A program made the position numbers and the translations under genes. The notes beneath the pieces were generated by a model, which was given only the letters and a program-made list of their open reading frames with translations, ran no database searches and was not told the DNA's origin. From an uncultured Planctomycetia bacterium (lineage in GTDB: Bacteria > Omnitrophota > Gorgyraeia > Tantalellales > Tantalellaceae), in assembly GCA_964572255.1 (NCBI GenBank), contig CAZNEE010000001.1, forward strand, positions 395,587 to 459,586: a DNA stretch of 64,000 nucleotides, written 5' to 3'. Positions within the stretch are counted from its first letter, which is position 1, and each line of letters opens with the position of its first letter. This document shows positions 38,014 through 47,515 of the stretch, in pieces.

Positions 38014-39756
38014 ATGAATAAATTGCATGACATCCTGAGCAGGGTCCAAAAGCCCGCGAGATATATCGGCGGAGAAATAAACTCATCCGGCAAGACTTTT
38101 TCTGAAGAGAAAGTCACGTTTGCGCTGGCATATCCGGATCTCTATGAGATAGGCATGAGCTATCTGGGCCTGAAGATCATATATCATCTTCTTAATGAGA
38201 TGGATGATTGCGTTTGTGAACGTGTTTTTGCCCTATGGGAAGATATGGAAAATGAGCTCCTCTCATCAAGAATGAAACTTTTTTCCCTTGGATCAAAGAC
38301 TGAAATAAACAAATTCGATATTTTGGGTTTTTCTCTTTCTTACGAACTTACCTTTACCGGGGCATTGAACATGCTGCATCTTTCGGGGATAACTTTAAGA
38401 GCGGAAGACCGGAAGGAAGACGAACCGTTTGTTATTGCCGGAGGCGCGTGCTGTTACAATCCCGAACCGATGGCCGAATTTATCGATCTCTTTATCGTCG
38501 GTGACGCGGAAGAGATCATGCCCCGATTTATCCGGGAGTACAAGGTGCTGAAGAAGAAAAAAATGGCGAGAAAAAAGAAATTAAAAATTCTTTCGCGCCT
38601 TCCGGGAGTATATGTGCCTTCGCTGTATGAGGCGGAATATCTTGATGATGATTTCCTCAGACTTGCTCCGAAAGATGAAGATGCGCCTTTGAAAGTAAAA
38701 AAAGTTTATGTGGAGGATCTTGATAAAACATATTATCCCGAGAGGCAGATAGTACCGTTCATCAATATTGTCCACGATAGGATCGCCGTCGAGATAATGA
38801 GGGGCTGCCCCAACAGTTGCCGCTTCTGCCAGGCAAGCGCTGTTAACCGGCCTGTAAGGCTGAGGAGCCGGGAAACAATAAAAAATATTTGCGAGAATAC
38901 TTACCGTCACACAGGATATGAGCAGATATCGCTTCTGTCCCTCTCCAGCGTTAATTATCCTCATCTTGAAGGCCTTGTAAGGGATCTTACGGAGATCTTC
39001 AAGGAAAAAGGCGTGGGGCTTTCCATCCCGTCGCTCAGGGTCGATGAGTCTTTTTACAGACTGCCGGAGATGATCTCGACGATCCGTAAAGCCGGGCTTA
39101 CTTTTGCTCCGGAAAGCGCTGATGAGGTGATCAGAAATTCAATAGGAAAAAATATCGACAATGAGATCTTGTGCAAGTCTGCCAGGCTGGCTTTTGAGCA
39201 TGGGTGGAGGAAACTTAAACTTTATTTCATGGTGGGTTTTCCGCTTGATGAGAAAGATGAAGCCGAAAAAATACTTATATTAGCCAAGAAACTTTCGAAC
39301 ATGAAGAGAGATGTGTCGAAAGGTTCAGCCGAAATAAATTTAAGCGTTAACCCCTTTGTCCCGAAGCCGCATACGCCTTTCCAGTGGCTGGGGATGCAGC
39401 CGAGAGAAGTCCTCAAGAGAAAAAAAAGAATGTTGCTGGAAGGCGCGGGAAAGAAGATAAAAATGGCTTTTCATGATATAGACAGGTCGATATTGGAAGG
39501 CTGTCTTTCACGGGGTGACAGGAGATTATCAAAAGTGATATACGCTGCGTGGAAGAAGGGAGCAAGATTGGAAGGCTGGAATGAGTTCTTTAAATTTTCT
39601 GTTTGGGAAGAGTCTTTCAAAGAGAACGATCTTAACATTGACGAGATTTCCACACGCTCATTTTCTCCTAATGATCCATTGCCTTGGGGACATATAGATA
39701 CCGGATCAAATGGAAGATATCTTGAAAAAGAGTTTGAAAAAAGCGGACTTCAATAG
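38014..39756 (+). CDS. TIGR03960-family radical SAM protein
   Basis: KPARYIGGE, YPDLYEIGMS, RGCPNSCRFC (CxxxCxxC), FVPKPHTPFQW. Confidence 0.9.
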   Translation: MNKLHDILSRVQKPARYIGGEINSSGKTFSEEKVTFALAYPDLYEIGMSYLGLKIIYHLLNEMDDCVCERVFALWEDMENELLSSRMKLFSLGSKTEINKFDILGFSLSYELTFTGALNMLHLSGITLRAEDRKEDEPFVIAGGACCYNPEPMAEFIDLFIVGDAEEIMPRFIREYKVLKKKKMARKKKLKILSRLPGVYVPSLYEAEYLDDDFLRLAPKDEDAPLKVKKVYVEDLDKTYYPERQIVPFINIVHDRIAVEIMRGCPNSCRFCQASAVNRPVRLRSRETIKNICENTYRHTGYEQISLLSLSSVNYPHLEGLVRDLTEIFKEKGVGLSIPSLRVDESFYRLPEMISTIRKAGLTFAPESADEVIRNSIGKNIDNEILCKSARLAFEHGWRKLKLYFMVGFPLDEKDEAEKILILAKKLSNMKRDVSKGSAEINLSVNPFVPKPHTPFQWLGMQPREVLKRKKRMLLEGAGKKIKMAFHDIDRSILEGCLSRGDRRLSKVIYAAWKKGARLEGWNEFFKFSVWEESFKENDLNIDEISTRSFSPNDPLPWGHIDTGSNGRYLEKEFEKSGLQ

Positions 39757-39807
39757 GGGAGAAAAGATATTTTCTTAAGCATATCTAACTTTACTTTAAA
39801 CTTTATG

Positions 39808-39836
39808 TTGACTTCAGGCCGGTTATTGTGTATTAT
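39808..39836 (+). promoter_or_regulatory. Putative promoter for the pilT-pilC block
   Basis: TTGACT, 17-bp spacer, TATTAT. Confidence 0.55.
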
Positions 39837-39890
39837 ATCCATAAGGGTAGTTATCCATAATAAGCACCTATTGACTTAATGGAGGGGGTC

Positions 39891-40958
39891 ATGACAGACA
39901 ATGTCCAAAAACTTTTCGTGGAGATGAAGGATAAGAACGCTTCAGATATCCACATAACCGCAAATTCACCCATACATTTCAGGATTGATGAAGAGCTTGT
40001 AAAGGTGAATGACAATATCTTAACACCCGATGAAACCAAGACCATTGCTTACAGTCTTATGAGCGATTTCCAGAAGAAAAAATTTGAAGAAGAGAAGGAG
40101 CTGGACTTTTCATTTTCACTGGAAGATATGGGACGTTTCAGGGTAAATATTTTTATGCAGAGATTTTGCGTAGGTTGTGCTATACGAAGAATACCGCCTG
40201 AGATAATGAGTATCGAGGAATGTGGTTTGCCGATCGACGTGGTTAAAGGTTTTTGTCATACCCCTAAAGGTCTGGTCCTCGTAACGGGCGCAACAGGAAG
40301 CGGCAAATCGACCACTCTCGCGGCCATGGTCGATGAGATAAACAAGACCCGCAAGTGTCACATCGTAACGGTGGAAGATCCGATAGAATTCGTCCACCAG
40401 AACAAGCAGGCCGTAGTTGACCAGAGAGAAGTGTTTTCCGACACGTTTTCGTTTAACAACGCTCTCAGGAATGTTCTAAGACAAGACCCTGATGTTATTC
40501 TGATAGGCGAACTTCGCGACCTGGAAACGATCCAGCAGGCAATGATCATTGCCGATACCGGACACCTCGTTCTAGGTACATTACACACATCAGACAGCGT
40601 GCAGACCATAAACCGTATAATTGACGTTTTTCCGTCACACCAGCAAAGGCAGATCAGGGTCCAGCTTTCTTTCGTTCTGACGGGGCTGATTTCCCAGCAG
40701 CTCATACAGTATAAAGACGGGTCGGGCATGGAGCTTGCGACAGAGATACTTGTCGCGACACCGGCGATAAGAAGCATGATCCGGGAAGATAAGGTGCACC
40801 AGATATATTCCATCATGCAGACTTCTCAGAATCTCGGAATGAGAACGATGAACCAGGCTCTCTTTGAGTTATACTCAGCCGGCAAAATATCCTACGATAG
40901 CGCGATATCGAAATCAGGAGATGTGGAAGAATTGCTTAAAATGATAGAAAAAATATAA
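39891..40958 (+). CDS. pilT: Type IV pilus retraction ATPase PilT
   Basis: GATGSGKSTT, EDPIE, LRQDPD, TLHT, AIRSMIRE motif. Confidence 0.93.
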   Translation: MTDNVQKLFVEMKDKNASDIHITANSPIHFRIDEELVKVNDNILTPDETKTIAYSLMSDFQKKKFEEEKELDFSFSLEDMGRFRVNIFMQRFCVGCAIRRIPPEIMSIEECGLPIDVVKGFCHTPKGLVLVTGATGSGKSTTLAAMVDEINKTRKCHIVTVEDPIEFVHQNKQAVVDQREVFSDTFSFNNALRNVLRQDPDVILIGELRDLETIQQAMIIADTGHLVLGTLHTSDSVQTINRIIDVFPSHQQRQIRVQLSFVLTGLISQQLIQYKDGSGMELATEILVATPAIRSMIREDKVHQIYSIMQTSQNLGMRTMNQALFELYSAGKISYDSAISKSGDVEELLKMIEKI

Positions 40959-40971
40959 AAAGGAGATAAAC

Positions 40972-41421
40972 GTGATACTGAAAAGACAATTGGATGAAAG
41001 GCTCGGGGAAATACTTATCCGCAACGGCAATATTTCTGATGAGCAGCTGGGCAAGGCGCTGGATCTCCAGAAACGCGAAGGCGGGCTTCTGGGCGAAGTC
41101 CTTTCGAAGCTTGGTTATGTAAAGGAACTGGAGATCGTTCAGGCGCTTACCGCGCAATACGGGTTTCCGTACATTCCGCTGGAAAATTATGAATTGAACA
41201 AAAAGTGCGCGGAAATAGTTTCCGAAGATCTTGCCAGGCAGCATAATCTTGTTCCGCTTGATGTGATCGGGGGCCTGTTGACGGTCGCGATGTCTAATCC
41301 GCTGAACAAAAAGTCGATCGAGGAGACAGAGTCGCTTACGGGAAAAAAGATCCAGATCTTCATATCCACTGCTTCATCGATAAATGATTCTATCAATGAA
41401 CTCTATAGGAAAGAAGAATAA
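40972..41421 (+). CDS. Stand-alone MshEN/GspE-N domain protein (c-di-GMP receptor-like)
   Basis: RLGEILIRNGNISDEQLGKALDLQ...LLGEVLSKLG...ALTAQ tandem MshEN motif; AMSNP; no ATPase domain. Confidence 0.85.
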   Translation: MILKRQLDERLGEILIRNGNISDEQLGKALDLQKREGGLLGEVLSKLGYVKELEIVQALTAQYGFPYIPLENYELNKKCAEIVSEDLARQHNLVPLDVIGGLLTVAMSNPLNKKSIEETESLTGKKIQIFISTASSINDSINELYRKEE

Positions 41422-43139
41422 TGACAGACTCATTGCCGGGCAAAATATGTGATTTTCTTATAAAGAACAACCTTGTCACGGAAGAGGACCTTAACAAGTC
41501 CCGCGAGATATGCAAGGAGCAGGGCGGGAGTCTGGGCGATGTCCTGGTGAAGATGAACGCTCTTTCAAGGGAAGATCTTCTGACCGCGATGAGCGAAGGT
41601 CTGGGTTTTGCCCCGCTTGATCTGTCACGTTTCAATATTGACGAGGGAGTCATCAAACTTATCCCGCAAAAGATCTGTCAACGCCATCAGGTGCTTCCCG
41701 TCTCCAGGATCGGGAATATCCTTACTGTCGCTATGGTCGATCCGATGAATATATCGGCTCTTGATGACATAAAAGCTATCACCAAGATGGAAGTGGTGCA
41801 GGTGGTAGTCGATCAGGACAACATGCGGGAAGCTATCAGCAAATATTTCGAAAGATCCGCGAATGAAGAGATAAGCGAGATCATGGGCGATATAAGGACC
41901 TCGCAGATGGAGATGGTTACCGAATCGGATGAGGATGTCAGCTCCAGCGAACTTTTGCGCAGCGCTGAAGAAGCTCCGGTCGTAAAACTTACCAATCTCA
42001 TATTAAGCCGTGCGGTAAAAGACGGAGCCAGCGATATACTTATTGAGCCGATGGATAAGACCGCAAGAGTAAGGTATCGCATAGACGGCGTGCTCAGGGA
42101 AAATATGGAACCCCCAAAAAAACTTCACAGAGCCATAGTATCCCGCCTTAAGGTCATGTCGAATCTCAATATTGCGGAAAGAAGGCTGCCTCAGGACGGA
42201 CGCTTTAAAATACGGATAGAGAACAGGCGCGTGGATTTCAGGGTTTCCGTGATACCGTCCAGCATGGGGGAGAAGATCGCTTTACGTATTCTTGATAAAG
42301 CTCAGGCGACGCTGGATGTTGACAAGCTTGGGTTCAGCGAAGACGGAAAAAAGAAGCTCATCAGAGCTTCCTCAAAGCCACACGGAATGATCTTGGTGTG
42401 CGGTCCCACAGGCTGCGGTAAAACGACCACACTTTATTCGATAATGAATTACATAGATTCTCCCGAGCTGAATCTGGTTACGGTAGAAGATCCCGTAGAA
42501 TATGAACTGAAAGGCGTGAACCAGGTTTCCGTAAAGGAGGATATGGGCCTGACCTTCGCCGCCTGTTTGCGTTCTATTCTTAGGCAGGACCCGGATATTA
42601 TTTTGGTAGGAGAGATAAGAGATCTGGAGACCGTTGACACAGCTATCAAATCCGCGTTAACGGGGCACCTTGTACTCAGCACTTTACACACGAATACCGC
42701 CAGCGGTTCTATTGTAAGGCTTGTTAATATGGGAGTGGAGCCGTTTTTGATATCTTCATCGGTCGAGCTTGTCGCGGCACAGGCGCTTTTAAGAAGATTA
42801 TGTCCGGATTGCAAGGAAGCATATACGCCCGCAAAGGAGATCGCCGACAGGTATAAACTTTTTGATGAGAGCGGGGGAATTGCGAAAATTTATAAGCCGA
42901 AAGGCTGTAAGAACTGCGGTGATACCGGATATCAGGGCCGCGAAGGCATAATTGAATGCTTGGAGTTGACGCCCACTATCAAAGAACTTATTTTCCGGAG
43001 AGCCGAGGAACTCGAAATTGAAAGAACCGCGAAAAAAGAGGGCATGTCCACGTTAAGGCAGAACGGCATCGCAAAAGTACTTAAAGGCATTACATCGCTC
43101 GAAGAAGTATTAAGGGTCACGATGGAAGACAGAGGGTAA
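41421..43139 (+). CDS. pilB: GspE/PilB-family assembly ATPase, copy 1
   Basis: LPQDGR, GPTGCGKTTT, LRQDPD, CPDC...CKNC. Confidence 0.88.
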   Translation: MTDSLPGKICDFLIKNNLVTEEDLNKSREICKEQGGSLGDVLVKMNALSREDLLTAMSEGLGFAPLDLSRFNIDEGVIKLIPQKICQRHQVLPVSRIGNILTVAMVDPMNISALDDIKAITKMEVVQVVVDQDNMREAISKYFERSANEEISEIMGDIRTSQMEMVTESDEDVSSSELLRSAEEAPVVKLTNLILSRAVKDGASDILIEPMDKTARVRYRIDGVLRENMEPPKKLHRAIVSRLKVMSNLNIAERRLPQDGRFKIRIENRRVDFRVSVIPSSMGEKIALRILDKAQATLDVDKLGFSEDGKKKLIRASSKPHGMILVCGPTGCGKTTTLYSIMNYIDSPELNLVTVEDPVEYELKGVNQVSVKEDMGLTFAACLRSILRQDPDIILVGEIRDLETVDTAIKSALTGHLVLSTLHTNTASGSIVRLVNMGVEPFLISSSVELVAAQALLRRLCPDCKEAYTPAKEIADRYKLFDESGGIAKIYKPKGCKNCGDTGYQGREGIIECLELTPTIKELIFRRAEELEIERTAKKEGMSTLRQNGIAKVLKGITSLEEVLRVTMEDRG

Positions 43140-43162
43140 TTTAAAAAATAAAGGCAAAAAAG

Positions 43163-44872
43163 ATGAGTACATCTATAAGAAGCAGGATATTGAAGGCGAT
43201 CGAAAAGAGCGAATTTGTAGACAAGAATCGCTATCAGAATTTCCTGAACAAGAGCAAGGGAGGGAAGGAAGAGGATATCCTTAGGAGCCTTGTTGAGGAG
43301 GATGTTATTTCCGCGCAGAACCTGCTTACGGTATTGAGCGAAGAATTGGGCCTTCCCGCGATAGATGTATCTAAGATAGAACTTGATGATTCTGCGATGA
43401 GGACGATACCGGAACGCCTCGTGAGAAAATACAAAATTATACCCCTTTCACGCATCGGAAATTCACTCACTCTTGTCGTGTCAGATCCGACCGATGTCAT
43501 GGCTATCGACGATGTGCGCACCATAACAGGGTGCGAGATCAGTTTAGTTATTGCCGATCAGGCTGATCTGGAGAAAAAATTACTTTCGTATTACGAAGGC
43601 GAAGAGGATGATATTACCGACATCATTGACGAGGAAGCCGAAAGCGATGATATCGAGGTTTTGGGAAGATCGGAAAATCTTGATGTAGCGGATATTACCA
43701 AGAAAAGCAAGCAGGCGCCGATAGTCAAGATGGTGAACCTTATAATAAGCGAGGCCTTGAAGAACAGGGCAAGTGATATACACGTCGAGCCTCAGGAAAA
43801 ATCGGTAAGGATAAGGAACAGGATAGACGGCGCGCTTCAGGAAGCTTTTGATCTTCCGAAGAAGAACCAGAACGCGGTCATAGCGAGACTTAAGATCATG
43901 TCAAATCTTGACATAACGGAGAACCGGGTGCCTCAGGACGGCAGGTTCAGGATAAACATGGACGGAAGGGATATAGATTTTCGTGTATCGATCCTTCCCT
44001 GCAGGTTCGGCAATAAGATCGTTTTAAGAGCGTTGGATAAGAGCGGCCTTTCTTTCGGGCTGGAAACTTTGGGATTCCTTCCTGATACAATGAATGATTT
44101 CAAGCAGGCTCTTTCCAAACCGTTCGGGATCATACTTGTGACAGGGCCTACCGGAAGCGGGAAATCAACGACTCTTTATTCTGTCCTTAACGAAATGAAT
44201 GTGCCGGAGAGAAATATTGTTACCATTGAAGATCCCGTCGAGTATCAGGTGCAGGGCATAACCCAGATACCGGCTCGCCCGGACATAGGGCTCAATTTCG
44301 CGAGCGGCTTAAGATCGGTTTTGCGCCAGAGCCCCGATGTCATAATGGTCGGAGAGATCAGGGATTATGAGACGGCGGATATAGCGATCAAAGCTTCGCT
44401 TACGGGTCACATGGTCCTCAGCACTTTACATACCAACGACGCTGTGGGAGCGATCACGCGTTTGGTCAACATGGGAGTGGAGCCTTTTCTCATCGCTTCA
44501 AGTCTTGTTATGGCATGCGCCCAGAGGCTTCTCCGCAAGATCTGTCCGCATTGCAAAGTTAAAGCGGATCTTCCAAAAGAAGTATTAAGTGGTCTGAGAG
44601 AGAAGTATCCTGATATAATGGAACAGACAGATACGTTTTACAAAGGCAAGGGGTGCCAGAAATGCAACGATACCGGTTATCTGGGGCGTTTCGCGACTTT
44701 AGAAACAGTGCTGGTCGATGAGAAGATAAATGGAATGATCAACCGGAAAAAGTCTGAAGAAGAGATCAAAAAATACCTCAGATCAAAAGGTGTCAGGACG
44801 CTTCGTGAAAACGCGCTGATAAAATTCTGTAAAGGCTGGACGACTTACGAAGAGGTTTTAAGGGTAACTTAA
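43163..44872 (+). CDS. pilB: GspE/PilB-family assembly ATPase, copy 2
   Basis: VPQDGR, GPTGSGKSTT, LRQSPD, CPHC...CQKC. Confidence 0.88.
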   Translation: MSTSIRSRILKAIEKSEFVDKNRYQNFLNKSKGGKEEDILRSLVEEDVISAQNLLTVLSEELGLPAIDVSKIELDDSAMRTIPERLVRKYKIIPLSRIGNSLTLVVSDPTDVMAIDDVRTITGCEISLVIADQADLEKKLLSYYEGEEDDITDIIDEEAESDDIEVLGRSENLDVADITKKSKQAPIVKMVNLIISEALKNRASDIHVEPQEKSVRIRNRIDGALQEAFDLPKKNQNAVIARLKIMSNLDITENRVPQDGRFRINMDGRDIDFRVSILPCRFGNKIVLRALDKSGLSFGLETLGFLPDTMNDFKQALSKPFGIILVTGPTGSGKSTTLYSVLNEMNVPERNIVTIEDPVEYQVQGITQIPARPDIGLNFASGLRSVLRQSPDVIMVGEIRDYETADIAIKASLTGHMVLSTLHTNDAVGAITRLVNMGVEPFLIASSLVMACAQRLLRKICPHCKVKADLPKEVLSGLREKYPDIMEQTDTFYKGKGCQKCNDTGYLGRFATLETVLVDEKINGMINRKKSEEEIKKYLRSKGVRTLRENALIKFCKGWTTYEEVLRVT

Positions 44873-44923
44873 TTCGTTTTCTTTAGATTTAACCAATCAT
44901 ACATATATAACGGGGGTCGGGGA

Positions 44924-46144
44924 ATGGCGAAATTCACATATATCGCAAAGAACAAAGAGGGCGCTACGGTAAAGGGCGAACTTGACGCGCCGGAGAAAGG
45001 TCAGGCGCTTGATATTCTGCGGGGCAAAGGGTTTTTGATCCTCAAACTTGAGCAGCTGCGGGAACTCTCCAATATTTTTTCCTCTTTTAAATTCAGAAAA
45101 GGCAAAAAAGTCTCCCTTGATGATCTTGTGGTTTTTTCAAGGCAATTGGCGACATTGATCGAATCAGGCATACCTGTTGTAAGTTCGCTGGATATACTTT
45201 CCGAACAGGCGGATAATGAGACCTTGAAGAGCGTTTTAATAGATGTAAGAGATTCGGTTAATACGGGATCCAGCCTTTCGGATGCGCTGCTTAAACATTC
45301 GGCTCTCTTTTCGTCCCTGTTCGTGAACATGGTAAGGGCCGGCGAATCCAGCGGTTCGCTGGACGTGGTTCTTGACAGGATCGCGACTTATCAGGAAAAA
45401 AAGAGCGCTTTGCAGAAAAAGATCAAGTCAGCTCTTATTTATCCTATGGTTGTTTCCGGCATGGCCGTTGCGATCACGCTCATTATGCTCTTGAAGGTAA
45501 TACCTGTTTTTAAGGATATTTTTTCAGGTTTCGGCGCTAAACTTCCCACGCCTACACAGCTTTTGATCAACCTCAGCGATTTTCTGATAAACAATTTTGT
45601 ACTGCTGATAATATTTTTTATCGTTCTTGGCATAGCTGTCAAAAAGTATGTAGATACGCCAAAAGGAAGGGCATTGATCGACAGGTACAAACTGCGGCTT
45701 CCTATCGTCGGTTCCTTAGCGACAAAAGTCGCCATAAGTAAATTCACCCGCACATTAAGCACTTTACTGAATAGCGGTGTGCCGATATTGACGGCTCTTG
45801 AGATCGTGGCCAAGACTTCGGGCAACGTTATTGTAGAACGGTCCGTTGACAATGTCAAAGAAAGCGTAAGAGAAGGAGAGAGCGTGGCAACCCCCATGGA
45901 AAGAAGCGGGATTTTTCCCCGCATGGTAACAAGAATGGTATCAGTCGGCGAAAAGACAGGGGAACTGGAGAAGATGCTCGCGAAAATATCGGATTTTTAT
46001 GATGAACAGGTTGACACGTCGGTGGAAGGCCTGACAAGTTTGATAGAACCTCTTGTTATCGCGTTTCTTGGTATTGTTATCGGAGGCATAGTTATCTGTA
46101 TGTTCCTCCCGATATTCAAGATATCGACCATAATCAATTTTTAG
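44924..46144 (+). CDS. pilC: Type IV pilus platform protein PilC/GspF
   Basis: FSRQLATLIESG, GESSGSL, ALIYP, GEKTGEL, LIEP, MFLPIF. Confidence 0.93.
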   Translation: MAKFTYIAKNKEGATVKGELDAPEKGQALDILRGKGFLILKLEQLRELSNIFSSFKFRKGKKVSLDDLVVFSRQLATLIESGIPVVSSLDILSEQADNETLKSVLIDVRDSVNTGSSLSDALLKHSALFSSLFVNMVRAGESSGSLDVVLDRIATYQEKKSALQKKIKSALIYPMVVSGMAVAITLIMLLKVIPVFKDIFSGFGAKLPTPTQLLINLSDFLINNFVLLIIFFIVLGIAVKKYVDTPKGRALIDRYKLRLPIVGSLATKVAISKFTRTLSTLLNSGVPILTALEIVAKTSGNVIVERSVDNVKESVREGESVATPMERSGIFPRMVTRMVSVGEKTGELEKMLAKISDFYDEQVDTSVEGLTSLIEPLVIAFLGIVIGGIVICMFLPIFKISTIINF

Positions 46145-46191
46145 GGCTTAACTTTTGTACGGCTAACCGGTAAAAATTTCTTCCTATCGGT

Positions 46192-46220
46192 TTGCTTTTC
46201 TCAGTTTCAAAATGTAAACT
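46192..46220 (+). promoter_or_regulatory. Putative promoter for the major pilin
   Basis: TTGCTT, 17-bp spacer, TAAACT. Confidence 0.45.
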
Positions 46221-46293
46221 AAAATCGAGGGTAGGTATATCTGGAAACAAATAAAACTTTTAAAAAGAGTCATAGAAAGGAGGTGAGGATAAA

Positions 46294-46641
46294 ATGATCA
46301 GAATGCGCAAATTACTAGGAAAGGGTGGTTTTACGCTTGTTGAAATTATGATTGTTGTCGCAATTATAGGTTTATTAGCCGCAGTGGCCATCCCGAACTT
46401 CATGCGTGCAAGACAAAGAGCGCAGACAAACGCTTGTATCGCGAATCTGAAACAGATGGACGGCGCGAAGACATTGTGGGCGCTGGATACAGGTGCTGCC
46501 AGCGGTGCTGCAGTGACCATGGCAAACCTTGTTACTGCGTACATAAAATCAACACCGTCTTGTCCCGCAAACGGTACTTACACGATCGGTGCAATAGGGA
46601 CTACTCCTACATGCACTGTTTCAGGCCACGCGCTGCCGTAA
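46294..46641 (+). CDS. pilA: Type IV pilin 1 (probable major pilin)
   Basis: G/FTLVE prepilin site; strong SD AAAGGAGGTGA; own terminator. Confidence 0.88.
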   Translation: MIRMRKLLGKGGFTLVEIMIVVAIIGLLAAVAIPNFMRARQRAQTNACIANLKQMDGAKTLWALDTGAASGAAVTMANLVTAYIKSTPSCPANGTYTIGAIGTTPTCTVSGHALP

Positions 46642-46674
46642 TTACGGTAACGGTTTCAGCGGGCGCAAAATGTT

Positions 46675-46710
46675 TATAAAAGGAGGCGATTCTTATCGCC
46701 TCCTTTTATA
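46675..46710 (+). terminator. Intrinsic terminator after pilin 1
   Basis: TATAAAAGGAGGCGAT-TCTT-ATCGCCTCCTTTTATA. Confidence 0.85.
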
Positions 46711-46781
46711 TTTTATAACTTATGAAACTTTAGTAGGATTTGCCTTTTGCGCATATGATGGTATACTTAAGGCAAAAATTT

Positions 46782-47120
46782 ATGCTTACGATCAGAAAAA
46801 AACAGGGTTTTACGCTTGTTGAAATAATGATAGTTGTTGCCATTATCGGCTTATTGGCAGCGGTGGCTATACCGAATTTTATGCGCTCGAGGGAAAGAGC
46901 GCAGACCAATGCCTGCATTTCGAACTTGAAGCAGATAGCGGGAGCGAAGACATTATGGGCGATCGATTACGGCGCTATTACAGGAGATCCCGTTATGATG
47001 TCTGATCTGTGCACGGCATATTTTAAGACCGCACCTCAATGCCCCGCGGGGGGAACATACACACTGGGAGCGGTAGGGACCGAACCGACATGCAGTGTTT
47101 CCGGACATGAATTGCCTTAG
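46782..47120 (+). CDS. Type IV pilin 2 (paralog of pilin 1)
   Basis: KKQG/FTLVEIMIVVAIIGLLAAVAIPNF; preceded by extended -10 TGGTATACT. Confidence 0.88.
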   Translation: MLTIRKKQGFTLVEIMIVVAIIGLLAAVAIPNFMRSRERAQTNACISNLKQIAGAKTLWAIDYGAITGDPVMMSDLCTAYFKTAPQCPAGGTYTLGAVGTEPTCSVSGHELP

Positions 47121-47138
47121 ATTTACAAGTCTTATCAC

Positions 47139-47486
47139 ATGAAAGTGATCTATCAAAAAAAAGGTTTCACTCTCATCGAAATAGTGCTTGTCGCCACTGT
47201 TATTGCCTTTTTGGTGGCTCTGGTCGTTCCGAATGCCATGCGCGCCAGGCAAAGATCACAGACGAATACATGCATTACGAATTTAAAACAGATAGCGGGC
47301 GCAAAAACCTTATGGGCTATTGAGGGGGGCCTGGTGAGCGGGGATACGATAGATCTTGCCGACATTATTTCGGCGTATTTCAAGGAAACGCCTGTCTGCC
47401 CCGCGGGAGGTACTTATACCATAGGAATGGTCGGTGTTGATCCCGCTTGCAATGTTCCGGGCCATGTTCTTCCGGAAAATGAATAG
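47139..47486 (+). CDS. Type IV pilin 3 (paralog)
   Basis: KKG/FTLIE; same C36, CP-x-GG-x-Y and C-x3-GH pattern. Confidence 0.88.
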   Translation: MKVIYQKKGFTLIEIVLVATVIAFLVALVVPNAMRARQRSQTNTCITNLKQIAGAKTLWAIEGGLVSGDTIDLADIISAYFKETPVCPAGGTYTIGMVGVDPACNVPGHVLPENE

Positions 47487-47515
47487 ATCAAGATGAGCCG
47501 CGTCCCGTCATATTT

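Noticed and set aside
40972-43139. MshEN ORF and pilB1 as one frameshifted gene
   Set aside because: PilB1 has its own complete N-terminal domain; the TAATG junction is ordinary translational coupling
46294-47486. Electrically conductive (e-pilin) interpretation
   Set aside because: Mature pilin 1 has only 6 aromatic residues including His in 103 aa, with long aromatic-free gaps
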